Part shown: positions 16,775-27,188 of the stretch, in pieces
Position numbering within the stretch: position 1 is the stretch's first letter
Layout: the number at the start of each line of letters is the position of its first letter
Virus record (IMG/VR): IMGVR_UViG_3300025138_000013
Length of the DNA stretch: 64,000 nucleotides
Strand: one strand, 5' to 3'
From: a virus
Position numbers and translations under genes: made by a program
Notes under the pieces: model-generated
What the model saw: the letters and a program-made list of their open reading frames with translations, nothing else
What the model was told of the DNA's origin: nothing
Database searches by the model: none

Positions 16775-18228
16775 TGGCCGAAGGCAATTTTATCGCAGGT
16801 GGATTTTCCATCGAAGCACTTACAATTATAAACCAACATGGTGAGACAGTCGTGGTTGATAGTGTATGCATTGGTATAACTTTATACGAATCAATCTTTA
16901 CCAAATTCTGTTCGGGTCAAGCATCATTCATCGATGGATTGGGGTTACTTAAAAATTATCGTTTTACTGGACAAGAGTTTATTCGTATATCTATAAAACA
17001 AAAAGAAGGATTTGATGAAGAAGCTGACAAAGAGTTTACTATTGATAAGACTTTTAGAATATACAAAGTAGAAAACACTCAAAGACCTAAAGAGTCTACT
17101 ATGTCTTATGTATTAAAGTTTGTTGACCCTAGACAGTTCTATGTTCAAAAGAAAAGACTTAGTAGAGTTTTCAGAGGTTCTAGAGGTCAAATGTTACAGG
17201 ATGCGTTATTAGACGAAGCAAACTTCCAACCCGAAGAATTTGATTTATGGGAAAGTACTGAAACAGCAAACCATCAATTCATTTGTCCTAATTGGTCAGT
17301 GAATAGATTTATGGATTACATTATCAACACTGCAAACTCAGAAGTAAGTGAAGGATGGAAAAACTCAATGTTCTTCTATCAGACTCTTAATGGTGGATTT
17401 AGATTTGGTTCAGTAGAAGGAATGATGCAAAGAGAATTCCCAATGGAGTTTACCTACAAACCAACTCAGAGTGATTTAGACACAGACAAAGTCGATTTGA
17501 ATGCGCCGGGCGGTCTTAATAGTGTTATACTAAGTTACTATAAACCTCAAGAGTTTGACACACTTGCTGGATTGATTGGTGGTGCATACGGTTCATCCAT
17601 GAAAATATATGACCCAGTTAGAAAACTAGAAGAAGATATTGTTTATGATTACCAAGAATCAATGTCTAAAGGTCAAAAGCATGTCTCAGGCTTTCCATTG
17701 ATAATAACAGATGACGAAGAAATTATGTTATCTGCTAACAATCAGATAGATGAGAGAGAAGCACCAAGTATAATTGAACTTGATGTAGACATTGCAATGA
17801 ATAAACAATTTGACACTAGAGTGGAATATGGTTATACGTCAAATCATTCATTTGATAATGCAGATGATATTTCAACCAATGAAATTTTTAGTGGAAGTAA
17901 AACCAAAGATAATGCAAGACTAGAAAGAAGAGCTTTACTAGAAATTTTATCACAACAAAGAATAGTTGTAACGATACCATTAAGAACAGACATCTCAGTA
18001 GGGACAGTTATTAAACTAAACATTCCAAGTGCAGAAACAATAGATGGTAATGTTAGTGATACATTGAATGATGATAGATATCTAATAACCGACCTTAGTT
18101 GTAACATGGAAATAACTTCTGCAACAGGGCATATGCATTTAGAGTGTGCAAAAGAAAGTTACACAATGAAGATTGTGGATGCGCCAGGTTTAGCAGATAG
18201 TGAGAAACCACCCAAGGAGACAACATAA
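16774..18228 (+). CDS. baseplate hub protein (gp27-like)
   Basis: IYES-type motif (ITLYESIF), FFYQT, YLIT; lies between gp53 and gp5. Confidence 0.65.
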   Translation: MAEGNFIAGGFSIEALTIINQHGETVVVDSVCIGITLYESIFTKFCSGQASFIDGLGLLKNYRFTGQEFIRISIKQKEGFDEEADKEFTIDKTFRIYKVENTQRPKESTMSYVLKFVDPRQFYVQKKRLSRVFRGSRGQMLQDALLDEANFQPEEFDLWESTETANHQFICPNWSVNRFMDYIINTANSEVSEGWKNSMFFYQTLNGGFRFGSVEGMMQREFPMEFTYKPTQSDLDTDKVDLNAPGGLNSVILSYYKPQEFDTLAGLIGGAYGSSMKIYDPVRKLEEDIVYDYQESMSKGQKHVSGFPLIITDDEEIMLSANNQIDEREAPSIIELDVDIAMNKQFDTRVEYGYTSNHSFDNADDISTNEIFSGSKTKDNARLERRALLEILSQQRIVVTIPLRTDISVGTVIKLNIPSAETIDGNVSDTLNDDRYLITDLSCNMEITSATGHMHLECAKESYTMKIVDAPGLADSEKPPKETT

Positions 18229-19526
18229 TGGATTACTTTTATGGTATAGTTGAAGATAGACAAGACCCTTTAAAGATAGGTCGAGTACGTGTACGTATAC
18301 ATGGAATCCACACTGATAATAAACAATGGATTGCAACACCCGACTTACCTTGGTGTCAAGTAATTCTACCTACAACTGCAGCTGGACTCTCGGGTATAGG
18401 AACTCAACATGGACTTATAGAAGGTTGTACAGTATTTGGACATTACAGAGATGGTGATTTAAAACAAGACCCTATCATTCTTGGAACATCAGCAGGTATC
18501 CCACAAAAAGGTTATAAGGAAACTGTGACCGATGAACAGGTTACTAGGTCAGTTGAAAGAGGTTTCAATGACCCAAGAAAATTAACCGTTGAAGATTATA
18601 AAGACACCCCCGATGGGCCTAATCCAAAACAAGATGTTAGACGAGGATTCGGAATAACAACTGCATTAGATACTGCACCAAAAACACCAAAAGAAATTAC
18701 AGTCATGTATGATGCAACTGGTTCTAAGATTACAGAGACAGAACTTACTGAAAGTGATTTACCCTTCTATCCATTATACACCGACCAATCCGATTTGTCA
18801 ACCTTTGCAAGAGGAACACTAAAAACTGGAACTTTATATGACCATAAATTATCAGACAATCTAGAGGGATTCCTAGACAGTGCAGAGGAACCAGTCTATC
18901 CATATAATAAAGTTACTCAAACAGAGTCGGGTCATTTAATAGAAATAGATGATACCCCAACTAAAGAAAGAATCAATTTACACCATAGGTCGGGAACGTT
19001 TCATGAGATACATCCCGATGGTTCAGAAGTTTCTAGAATAGTTAATGACCACTATCAAGTAGTATGTAAGGATGACAAGATTTACATCGCTGGTAATGCA
19101 GACATAACCGTAGAGAAAGGTAACGTAACTATCAATGTGAATACAGGAAATGTAACAACAAACATATTGAAGGGAGACATGACAACGACAGTGTCAGAAG
19201 GAAATGTTCTTACAACAGTATCAAAAGGTAATGTCAATCTAGATGTGACCGAAGGTAACGTAGATGCACAGATTGGTGGAACACTAAACGCAGACGTAGT
19301 GGGTAACACAACACTCACTTCACCAGCAACAACAATGACTACAAACTTAACAGTCGATGGAACAGTTCATATCACTGGAGAACAAACAAATAAGAAAGGT
19401 ATTGTTGCAGATGGCGAGATACAAACTAAGAAAGGTAATAAACCTAAGCTTTCATCTCATACACATAAAACAACTGTGAGTGGTGGTTCTAGTTCGGGAA
19501 CATATAGTTCCGTTAAACCAAGTTAG
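18228..19526 (+). CDS. gp5: baseplate central spike, without a lysozyme domain
   Basis: GIVEDRQDPLKIGRVRVR, YPYNKV.QTESGH..EIDDTP..ERI..HRSGT, beta-helix repeats, terminal HTH. Confidence 0.9.
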   Translation: MDYFYGIVEDRQDPLKIGRVRVRIHGIHTDNKQWIATPDLPWCQVILPTTAAGLSGIGTQHGLIEGCTVFGHYRDGDLKQDPIILGTSAGIPQKGYKETVTDEQVTRSVERGFNDPRKLTVEDYKDTPDGPNPKQDVRRGFGITTALDTAPKTPKEITVMYDATGSKITETELTESDLPFYPLYTDQSDLSTFARGTLKTGTLYDHKLSDNLEGFLDSAEEPVYPYNKVTQTESGHLIEIDDTPTKERINLHHRSGTFHEIHPDGSEVSRIVNDHYQVVCKDDKIYIAGNADITVEKGNVTINVNTGNVTTNILKGDMTTTVSEGNVLTTVSKGNVNLDVTEGNVDAQIGGTLNADVVGNTTLTSPATTMTTNLTVDGTVHITGEQTNKKGIVADGEIQTKKGNKPKLSSHTHKTTVSGGSSSGTYSSVKPS

Positions 19527-19541
19527 TAATAAGTAAGCGAG

Positions 19542-19549
19542 TATAAATA
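19542..19549 (+). promoter_or_regulatory. T4-type late promoter
   Basis: TATAAATA, 5 nt before the gp25 ATG. Confidence 0.75.
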
Positions 19550-19554
19550 GATAC

Positions 19555-19974
19555 ATGGCAAAGACACTAATAAATAACGGAAAAACAGTTGCAACAAAAA
19601 ATCTCTATTCTGATATGGATATTGCGTTGAAACCACATCCTGTTACTGGCGACATTACAACCAAAACAGATACAGATGCAATTCGTAGAGCAGTAAGAAA
19701 TATAGTTCTTACCAACAAATATGAAAGACCTTTCAAACCAAACTTTGGTGGGTCTATCAGAAACCTGTTATTCGAATTAGACACCGATAGAAAAGTAAAT
19801 AGAATGAAGTCTACTATGAAAGAAGTAATAGAGACTTTCGAACCAAGAGTCAAAAATGTAACAGTTTTATTTGGTGAAGTAGAAAGAAACGAGATGGAAG
19901 TAACTGTCTTTTATAACATAACCGACGGTGTAAAAAATCAAGATTTAACGTTCACCGTAACGAGGGCAAGATAA
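19555..19974 (+). CDS. gp25: baseplate wedge subunit
   Basis: YSD.D...HPVTGDI, AIRRAVRNIVLT..YERPF.P.FG, FEPRV. Confidence 0.92.
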   Translation: MAKTLINNGKTVATKNLYSDMDIALKPHPVTGDITTKTDTDAIRRAVRNIVLTNKYERPFKPNFGGSIRNLLFELDTDRKVNRMKSTMKEVIETFEPRVKNVTVLFGEVERNEMEVTVFYNITDGVKNQDLTFTVTRAR

Positions 19975-19975
19975 G

Positions 19976-21847
19976 ATGGCAACAAATAGTTCACAAATAA
20001 ACGTCACAGATTTAGACTTTGATTCGATTGCAGAAAATCTAAAAAATTATTTAAAGGGTCAAAACCAATTTAAAGATTATGATTTTGAAGGGTCAAATAT
20101 GTCGGTCTTGATTGACCTTCTTGCATACTCATCACACATTGGTGCAATCAATACAAACATAGCAGCTTCGGAATTATTCCTAGACTCTGCACAAATGAGA
20201 AAGAATGTAGTATCTCGTGCAAAGGATTTAGGATTCATTCCAGCGTCTGAATCAGCTTCTGAAGCAACAATTGATGTTGCATGTTCTAATGTAATTAATG
20301 CAAATGGAACATCTCCTACAACAGCAGAAATGCAATTGTTGAGAGGAACAGTATTTCAGACAGTATATGATGGAACTAATTTTAATTATGTAGTGACATC
20401 AACAGTAAGACCTAGTCAGAATGGAACTACTTACAATTACACGGACGTAAACCTTGTACAAGGAACTTATGCAACAGACATATACATTTTTGATAGTCAA
20501 GTTGCAAATCCAAAATTCGTACTATCAAATTCAAGGGTTGACAAATCTAAGGTATCTGTTACAGTTACATCAAATGGTACTACAAGCACATATGCATTGT
20601 CAACAAACATTTCTGCAATTACTACAAGCTCTAAAGTATATTATACTCAAGAAAATGAAGAGGGATTTGTTGAATTGTATTTTGGTGATGGTGTTCTTGG
20701 TGCAGCTCTTAAAGACGGTGATTCAATTGCAGTAACTTATATTGTGGTAGATGAAAATCATGCAGATGGGGCTAATCAATTCGCAATGGTGGGAAGTATC
20801 AACGGATTCTCAGACATAAGAACTACAAGAGTTATTGCATCCACAGGTGGTGCAGAGAAAGAATCTATAGACTCAATCAAATTTAAAGCAACAAAGTTCT
20901 ATACATCTCAGAACAGACTGGTAACACTGAATGACTACAAAGCAAAGGTCAGTGAGTATTACCCGAACGCAGATGCAGTTGCAGTATGGGGTGGTGAAGA
21001 CAATGACCCGCCTGAATATGGAAAGGTGTTCATTGCACTAAAACCTAAGAACTCAGACTATCTATCAGATACAGAAAAGGCTTCAGTACAAACAAAACTA
21101 AATGCATTGAATATGATGACGGTAAGACCTACCATCGTAGATGCAGACATAGTTAAAATTTTAATTACATGTATATTCAAATACAATGAGAATGCAACAC
21201 AATACTCTAATGGAGAATTGGTGACATTAGTTACAAGTGCAATCAATACATTTGATAATACTAACCTTGCAAACTTTGATGCAGTATTCAGACATTCAAA
21301 TCTTGTTAAGGCAGTCGATGAAACAGATAGTACAATTCTATCTAATACATGTAATATCAGATTAAGAAAAAGAACTACTATAAAGACTGGTCAAGAAACA
21401 GGTTATACAAGTTCTTTTGGTAATGCATTTTATAATCCAAACATTGGGTATAATGCAGCGGGTGGTGGTATCACCCAAACAACAGGTTTCTATACTCAAG
21501 GGGACGCAGTTAACATTCATTATTTCGATGATGATGGTAACGGTATTCTAAGAAGGTACTACTTATCAAGTGGTGCAAGAGTTTATTTGGATAATACAGC
21601 TGGTATAGTGGATTATACAAATGGGAAAATAACAATCAATGCCATCAATATTACTTCAACAAGTAATACTGATTCAACGATTGATTTCACAGTTATCCCA
21701 GCAGGTAATGATGTGGTCGCAAACTTAGGTAACTTAGTTGACATTGACCCTCTAGATGTTAAGGTAACAGGTGAAGTAGACACCATTGCAAGTGGTGAGT
21801 CGAGTGCTGGAGTTGGTTATTCATCAACATCAACCTCGTCATATTAA
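19976..21847 (+). CDS. gp6: baseplate wedge subunit
   Basis: LDFDSI..NLK.YL, FKDYDFEGS.MSVLIDLLAY, FGDG, QNRLVT..DY, WGGE.N.PP.YGKVFI. Confidence 0.95.
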   Translation: MATNSSQINVTDLDFDSIAENLKNYLKGQNQFKDYDFEGSNMSVLIDLLAYSSHIGAINTNIAASELFLDSAQMRKNVVSRAKDLGFIPASESASEATIDVACSNVINANGTSPTTAEMQLLRGTVFQTVYDGTNFNYVVTSTVRPSQNGTTYNYTDVNLVQGTYATDIYIFDSQVANPKFVLSNSRVDKSKVSVTVTSNGTTSTYALSTNISAITTSSKVYYTQENEEGFVELYFGDGVLGAALKDGDSIAVTYIVVDENHADGANQFAMVGSINGFSDIRTTRVIASTGGAEKESIDSIKFKATKFYTSQNRLVTLNDYKAKVSEYYPNADAVAVWGGEDNDPPEYGKVFIALKPKNSDYLSDTEKASVQTKLNALNMMTVRPTIVDADIVKILITCIFKYNENATQYSNGELVTLVTSAINTFDNTNLANFDAVFRHSNLVKAVDETDSTILSNTCNIRLRKRTTIKTGQETGYTSSFGNAFYNPNIGYNAAGGGITQTTGFYTQGDAVNIHYFDDDGNGILRRYYLSSGARVYLDNTAGIVDYTNGKITINAINITSTSNTDSTIDFTVIPAGNDVVANLGNLVDIDPLDVKVTGEVDTIASGESSAGVGYSSTSTSSY

Positions 21848-21945
21848 TTATGCATAGAGTGGTCTAAGACTGTAGGTTCAGTGCTTAGAGTAGCATTCCT
21901 CGAAAGGGGTTTTAATTAAATTAGTCAATTTTAGGAGAAATAAAA

Positions 21946-22419
21946 ATGGCAGATAAGAAGATAACAGCATTAACAGCAGTTGCCGATTCAGAAATCGGTG
22001 CTGATGATTTATTGCACATTGTAGACAACCCAGGCGGAACTCCTGTAAACAAAAAGATGACCATTGGTCAGATGTTTGAAAACATTCCAACTCACTTAGC
22101 AGTAGATGATATCGCTACATTGACAGCATCAGCATCAAACCTTGCATCAACTTTTGCAACGTTTATTGATGGTACTGGATTTGGTGGTGATATTACCTTT
22201 ACTTTGGATAACGGAACAGACGTAGGTCAGTTAAAAATTATCCTTGCTTCAACCGAACCAGCTTCAACTCATAAAGCTATCATTAATGTAGACAACTGGG
22301 GTTACTCAGGCACTGCAAGTGGTCAAATTAAATTGGACACTCGTGGTGAAGCAATCGTGTTAATGTGGAACGGTACTAAGTGGTTTGTCGTTGCAAATAC
22401 TGGTACAACTTTAACTTAA
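21946..22419 (+). CDS. putative virion structural protein
   Basis: MADKKITALT...DDLLHIVD...NKKMT N-terminus; AGGAG SD. Confidence 0.6.
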   Translation: MADKKITALTAVADSEIGADDLLHIVDNPGGTPVNKKMTIGQMFENIPTHLAVDDIATLTASASNLASTFATFIDGTGFGGDITFTLDNGTDVGQLKIILASTEPASTHKAIINVDNWGYSGTASGQIKLDTRGEAIVLMWNGTKWFVVANTGTTLT

Positions 22420-22434
22420 GGTTAAACTAAAAAT

Positions 22435-25400
22435 ATGTCCCACCAAGATTATACTATAGATAAGTTAAGTCAGAGACTTCCTTCATTACTTCCCGAGTAC
22501 TTGAAAAATGAATCTCCGATGTTTGAGGCTTTCCTCAATGCATACTTTGAATATCTAGAAGCAGAAATCTTGGTTCTCGATGTAGAGAGCGACATAGATG
22601 GTATTTTAAATGAAGACGGTACAGGTTCCATGTTATTGGAAGCTGGTACCGTCTCGCCATCACCCGACCAAGATAACTCATTTATAAAACTTGAAAAAAC
22701 TGATTCTAACTTTGTTGACAAACAAAACATTAATGATTCAAACAACAATCAGATTGTTGCAAACCCCTTAAAGGTAGGCGAGTATATTGTTGGTACAAAT
22801 AGTAAAACAGTTGCAGAAATTAAAGTTATAAACAATAAACCTACTGGGAATTGTTTATATCTAAAGACAATATCGGGAACAGGTTTTGCCAAAGGTGAAA
22901 CCATTACTGGACGAGAAGGAAGGCAAACAGCCACAGTAAAGTCCTATAAAGAGAATACAATTCTCGCAAACAATCGACTATTAGATTATTCTGATATCGA
23001 CCATACAACGGAAGATTTTTTAAATTACTTCCAAACAGATTTAGCACCATCTTTTGATTTGGGTCTTACAGTAAACAAAAGACTTACAATCAAAAACATC
23101 AAAGACCTATATCAACAAAAGGGTACAGAAGATTCATTAAAGTTTTTAATGAGACTTGTCTATGGTCAAGATGCAGAGGTGCGTTACCCTTACAACGAAA
23201 CAATATTTGCATCCGATTCTAATTACTCTCAGAAGAGAAGAGTAAATGTAAAGATGACAAAGCTTGGTAGTGTACCAGTTGCCACAGATAAGATAGTTCA
23301 ATATACAGACTCTTCAAAAATACAAGTTCACGCTGAATCAGTTGTTGAAACAGTCTTTGTTACAGATTTAGGTCTAGACGAATATTCATTAGAGATTACA
23401 GACAATCATAAAGGTACCTTTACTCAAGATGGTACAGTAGACTTAATTGATAGAGATGGGATAACCATCGAGACTGCAACTATTCAAGGTCTAGTGCATT
23501 CTATAAACCACGATGCATCGGCAACTTATGTTAGTGTAGATTCAGAAGATGGTATGATACTAACCGAGGCTGGTGATAAAGCAGGATTAGAATCGGGTAA
23601 TGCAGCCAATAATGTTGGTGGTGTAAATGCAGAAGCAGGAATAGGTGGAAATATACTACAAGAAGCTGTAGAGTTCGACCTACTATTTGAAGATGGTGGT
23701 GGTGTTCTACTCGAAGGTGGTAATGCTGGTTCTATGTACAGTTTTGCTGATAGAATTAATTTTACTGGTGCAAAAGACAACTCCAACACTATAGAAGCAG
23801 TATCCACGATAAGTGGATTATCTTTAGGTGGTGTTCAAAAAATATTTATTGAAACTGGTGGAACCAATTATGAAGGTGGAGAGATGGTTGTCTTTGATAA
23901 CTTTGCCACTGGTGGTTCGGGTGCAGCTGGTATTCTAGGTTCAGTAGGTGACGAGGTCATTCAAGAAAACCATGAGACATTCGGTCAGTATGAATACATT
24001 GCAGCTGCAAATCAAACACTTTTCAATGGTGATGACATTCATGGAAAGAGTCTTTTCTTTAATGATAACTCAATCACAGTATTTAAGAATGGTATAGAAA
24101 GAAAGGCTAATACTTCACATACAATTCATGACTATTCACATAAAAACGATAGAGTAGTATTCACAGAACCATGTAGTGCTGGTGATGTAATTGAGATTGT
24201 TATAGAATACTACAGAATAGTTTATGAAGATGGCAGAGTTATAAACTATAATTCTACCGATGGAAGAATCAGAGAAGTCATAATTACAGACGGTGGTGCT
24301 GGTTATCACACTCTTCCTAAATGCTATCCAGGCGGACATATTTTTGTTAAAGATGTTACAGGTTTTGTAGAAGGTGAATTATTAGAACAAAGAGAGAGTG
24401 GTAGTACAACTGCAAACGCAATAATTTTAGAAATAGATAAAAGATTAAATAGAATTACAGTTTTAAGAAACAATACACATACAGGTATATTTGTTAACGA
24501 TAAATTAATTAGAGGTAATGACTCTTTAGTAACTGCAACTATTCTGAATAACAATGTTGCAACTGGAGCTGGAGCAAAACTATTTGTATACTCAGATGAT
24601 ATCGGTGCAATTCAAGAATTAAACATTCTAGACCAAGGTAATAGATTTACTTCAGATGCAGTCGTAAGTCCTACATCTATTTTCCCTATGTTGATTACAA
24701 CTCCAACATCATCAATAAACAGTGGAACAAAGATTGTTGGTGATATTTCACGTGCAACTGCAACCGTAGTTAATTATGACCAAGACAGACACATTCTTAA
24801 GTATACAAATTTAAAAGGTTCCTTTCTACAGAACGAAAGAGTTGCATATGAAAACATAGATTCATTTACCGTAATGTTCGATGACCCTTATAATGGTCGT
24901 GGTACGTTTGGTGGTGAAGGTGTAATACAAGAACAATTCCTAGGAGACAAGTCTTGGTTAGATACAACTGCAGCCAACATACATGATAGTTTTAGATATC
25001 AATCTCACTCTTATGTAGTTAGAGTTGGTGAGTCTATTAATAAATGGAGAAGTATAGTCAAAGACTTACTACATCCAGCTGGTCATATCTTCTTTGGTGA
25101 AGTTGCAATTGAAAACGTTGTAAAATCTACAGACTTGCCTATCTATGATGGTAGATTTTCCAATGAAGAACTCAACCCCGAAAATGCAATGGCACTCACA
25201 TCATCATTTGTTCCTATGGTTATCATGCAACTACATCCTACAGATAATGTATTGTTAGAAACCTCAGATAGAAACAATGAAGACCATCTAGCATTAGAAG
25301 ACGGTTTTGCAATCGACCATGACTTATACACAACATCAAACATACATCTACTAGAGAACGAAAACTCTAGAGATAATTTTGCACATACTTCTGCAGAAAA

Positions 25401-27147
25401 ACTAAGAATCATACAACAATATCTTACAGACTATATGGTTCTTGAGAGTAAAGTAGATGGTAAGATTTACGAAGACCATCACATACTATTTGAAGACGGC
25501 ACTAAGGTTCTCCATGAATTATCGAGACCCGAGAGTAAGATTAACGATGAAAGATTCATCCCAGCTGCTAGGGTTAATGCACCAATAACATTCTATAAAG
25601 ATGCTGGTTCACCAACCTCAGATGGGGTTTTTGATACAGAATCACTTAGAGTTACAGCAATCCAAGATAGTGACGGTGATGGTAGTAACGATTCAGAAGC
25701 AATAGTCATAACAGACCCAGTACAAAAATCTACTAGATTACAATCAAGACACGTAAATATCCAAAGAATTGTTTCTAAATCAGAACCAATAGAAAGAAAA
25801 ACAACTAGAACAGATGGTAATCCGAAGAAGGTTGCTGTTCCTGTAACAGTTTCAAGTGGTAAGTTTGTAATGGGAATTGCAGATGGAGCTGGAACAATAG
25901 AAGTCCAACAAGGTTATCAATACTTCTTTACAGTACCTAAAACACATATACTTAAATTCTCAACAGTTAAAGATGGTACTCACGGTGGTGGAACTATCTA
26001 TACAACTGGTGTTATAAACTACACTCATAATAACTCAGCTGATTTATACAACATGACTCAGTTAATTGTAGATGGTTCAACACCTTCTACTCTTTACTAT
26101 TATTGTACACAACATGCTGGAATGGGTGGAAGAGCAGCTAAAATTGTTCCATCCTTTGATACTGTATTGTCATTATACCCAACAGACCAGTACGGAGACC
26201 ATGTAGAAATTTCAGGCATTGGTGGTAACGGAACAGAATCTATTTTCGACCAAACAGACCCGCCAAATCTTATACCATTACCAACAAGAACTTCTATGGA
26301 TGGTAAAGTACAGACTTCAGTACAAACACTTAATGACGAAGGACTATTATTAGAAACTGGTCATAAGATTGTACAAGAACAAGTTGATAACTTCATGAGA
26401 ATGGAACCTACTCATACACAAAATACAAATGCAGAGGAAGGAGACTTCGTTCAATTTGAAGCTGCAACTGAAGTCTTGGTAGATGGTTCACCAGTATCAA
26501 TAGGTAATAAAGCTATGCATATAGAAGACGCAACCATAGTCAGAGAAGAAGAATATTTTGTGACAGAAAGAAGTCAATCATATGCAAGAGTAGAACAAAA
26601 TTATGGTTTTGGAACAACATTAAGACGACTAAATATGTTATCAAGTCAACAGTCATATGATATATCTTTATATATGAAAGGTGAAGGTCATCGTGACTCA
26701 GATGGAACATTGATACAAGAAACTGCAAATGCAGTAAACAATTCTACCACTGTAAACTTTGGTTCAGCAATCAACTCAAGGATTGAAGTTGGTGACGAGG
26801 TGTTAGGAACTAATTTAGATACCGCTCCTACAATTGCAACCATAGTTAGTAGTACTCAAATCACTTTGAGTCATGCAATTACGATAACAAGTAAAGCTTT
26901 AACTTTTGAAGGACATGATGGTATCTGTTTAGAGAATGGAGAACCAAAAGAGATTGGCGGTTCGGCAAATTCAAAATACAATCCAAATAGCTCAGATATG
27001 GTCATGCTTGAAACACCTAAATATGAAGGACTGAGAATGTCAGAGTTTGAAACTTACTTCCCACATCGATATACAGATGAATATGAAAAGAGTTTTGCAA
27101 ACAAAAGAACAAATTTAACATATTCCGCCTACGTTAGGTCGGGTTAG
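22435..27147 (+). CDS. gp7: baseplate wedge initiator (gp7-like, greatly expanded)
   Basis: LPEYL...F.AFL.AYFEYLE, IKNIKDLYQQKGT..S.KFL, IHDS..YQ.HSYV, HPAG.IFFG; between gp6 and gp8. Confidence 0.75.
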   Translation: MSHQDYTIDKLSQRLPSLLPEYLKNESPMFEAFLNAYFEYLEAEILVLDVESDIDGILNEDGTGSMLLEAGTVSPSPDQDNSFIKLEKTDSNFVDKQNINDSNNNQIVANPLKVGEYIVGTNSKTVAEIKVINNKPTGNCLYLKTISGTGFAKGETITGREGRQTATVKSYKENTILANNRLLDYSDIDHTTEDFLNYFQTDLAPSFDLGLTVNKRLTIKNIKDLYQQKGTEDSLKFLMRLVYGQDAEVRYPYNETIFASDSNYSQKRRVNVKMTKLGSVPVATDKIVQYTDSSKIQVHAESVVETVFVTDLGLDEYSLEITDNHKGTFTQDGTVDLIDRDGITIETATIQGLVHSINHDASATYVSVDSEDGMILTEAGDKAGLESGNAANNVGGVNAEAGIGGNILQEAVEFDLLFEDGGGVLLEGGNAGSMYSFADRINFTGAKDNSNTIEAVSTISGLSLGGVQKIFIETGGTNYEGGEMVVFDNFATGGSGAAGILGSVGDEVIQENHETFGQYEYIAAANQTLFNGDDIHGKSLFFNDNSITVFKNGIERKANTSHTIHDYSHKNDRVVFTEPCSAGDVIEIVIEYYRIVYEDGRVINYNSTDGRIREVIITDGGAGYHTLPKCYPGGHIFVKDVTGFVEGELLEQRESGSTTANAIILEIDKRLNRITVLRNNTHTGIFVNDKLIRGNDSLVTATILNNNVATGAGAKLFVYSDDIGAIQELNILDQGNRFTSDAVVSPTSIFPMLITTPTSSINSGTKIVGDISRATATVVNYDQDRHILKYTNLKGSFLQNERVAYENIDSFTVMFDDPYNGRGTFGGEGVIQEQFLGDKSWLDTTAANIHDSFRYQSHSYVVRVGESINKWRSIVKDLLHPAGHIFFGEVAIENVVKSTDLPIYDGRFSNEELNPENAMALTSSFVPMVIMQLHPTDNVLLETSDRNNEDHLALEDGFAIDHDLYTTSNIHLLENENSRDNFAHTSAEKLRIIQQYLTDYMVLESKVDGKIYEDHHILFEDGTKVLHELSRPESKINDERFIPAARVNAPITFYKDAGSPTSDGVFDTESLRVTAIQDSDGDGSNDSEAIVITDPVQKSTRLQSRHVNIQRIVSKSEPIERKTTRTDGNPKKVAVPVTVSSGKFVMGIADGAGTIEVQQGYQYFFTVPKTHILKFSTVKDGTHGGGTIYTTGVINYTHNNSADLYNMTQLIVDGSTPSTLYYYCTQHAGMGGRAAKIVPSFDTVLSLYPTDQYGDHVEISGIGGNGTESIFDQTDPPNLIPLPTRTSMDGKVQTSVQTLNDEGLLLETGHKIVQEQVDNFMRMEPTHTQNTNAEEGDFVQFEAATEVLVDGSPVSIGNKAMHIEDATIVREEEYFVTERSQSYARVEQNYGFGTTLRRLNMLSSQQSYDISLYMKGEGHRDSDGTLIQETANAVNNSTTVNFGSAINSRIEVGDEVLGTNLDTAPTIATIVSSTQITLSHAITITSKALTFEGHDGICLENGEPKEIGGSANSKYNPNSSDMVMLETPKYEGLRMSEFETYFPHRYTDEYEKSFANKRTNLTYSAYVRSG

Positions 27148-27150
27148 TGT

Positions 27151-27158
27151 TATAAATA
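27151..27158 (+). promoter_or_regulatory. T4-type late promoter
   Basis: TATAAATA upstream of gp8. Confidence 0.7.
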
Positions 27159-27188
27159 GTATTATATAATTTCGGGAGAGAAATAAAA

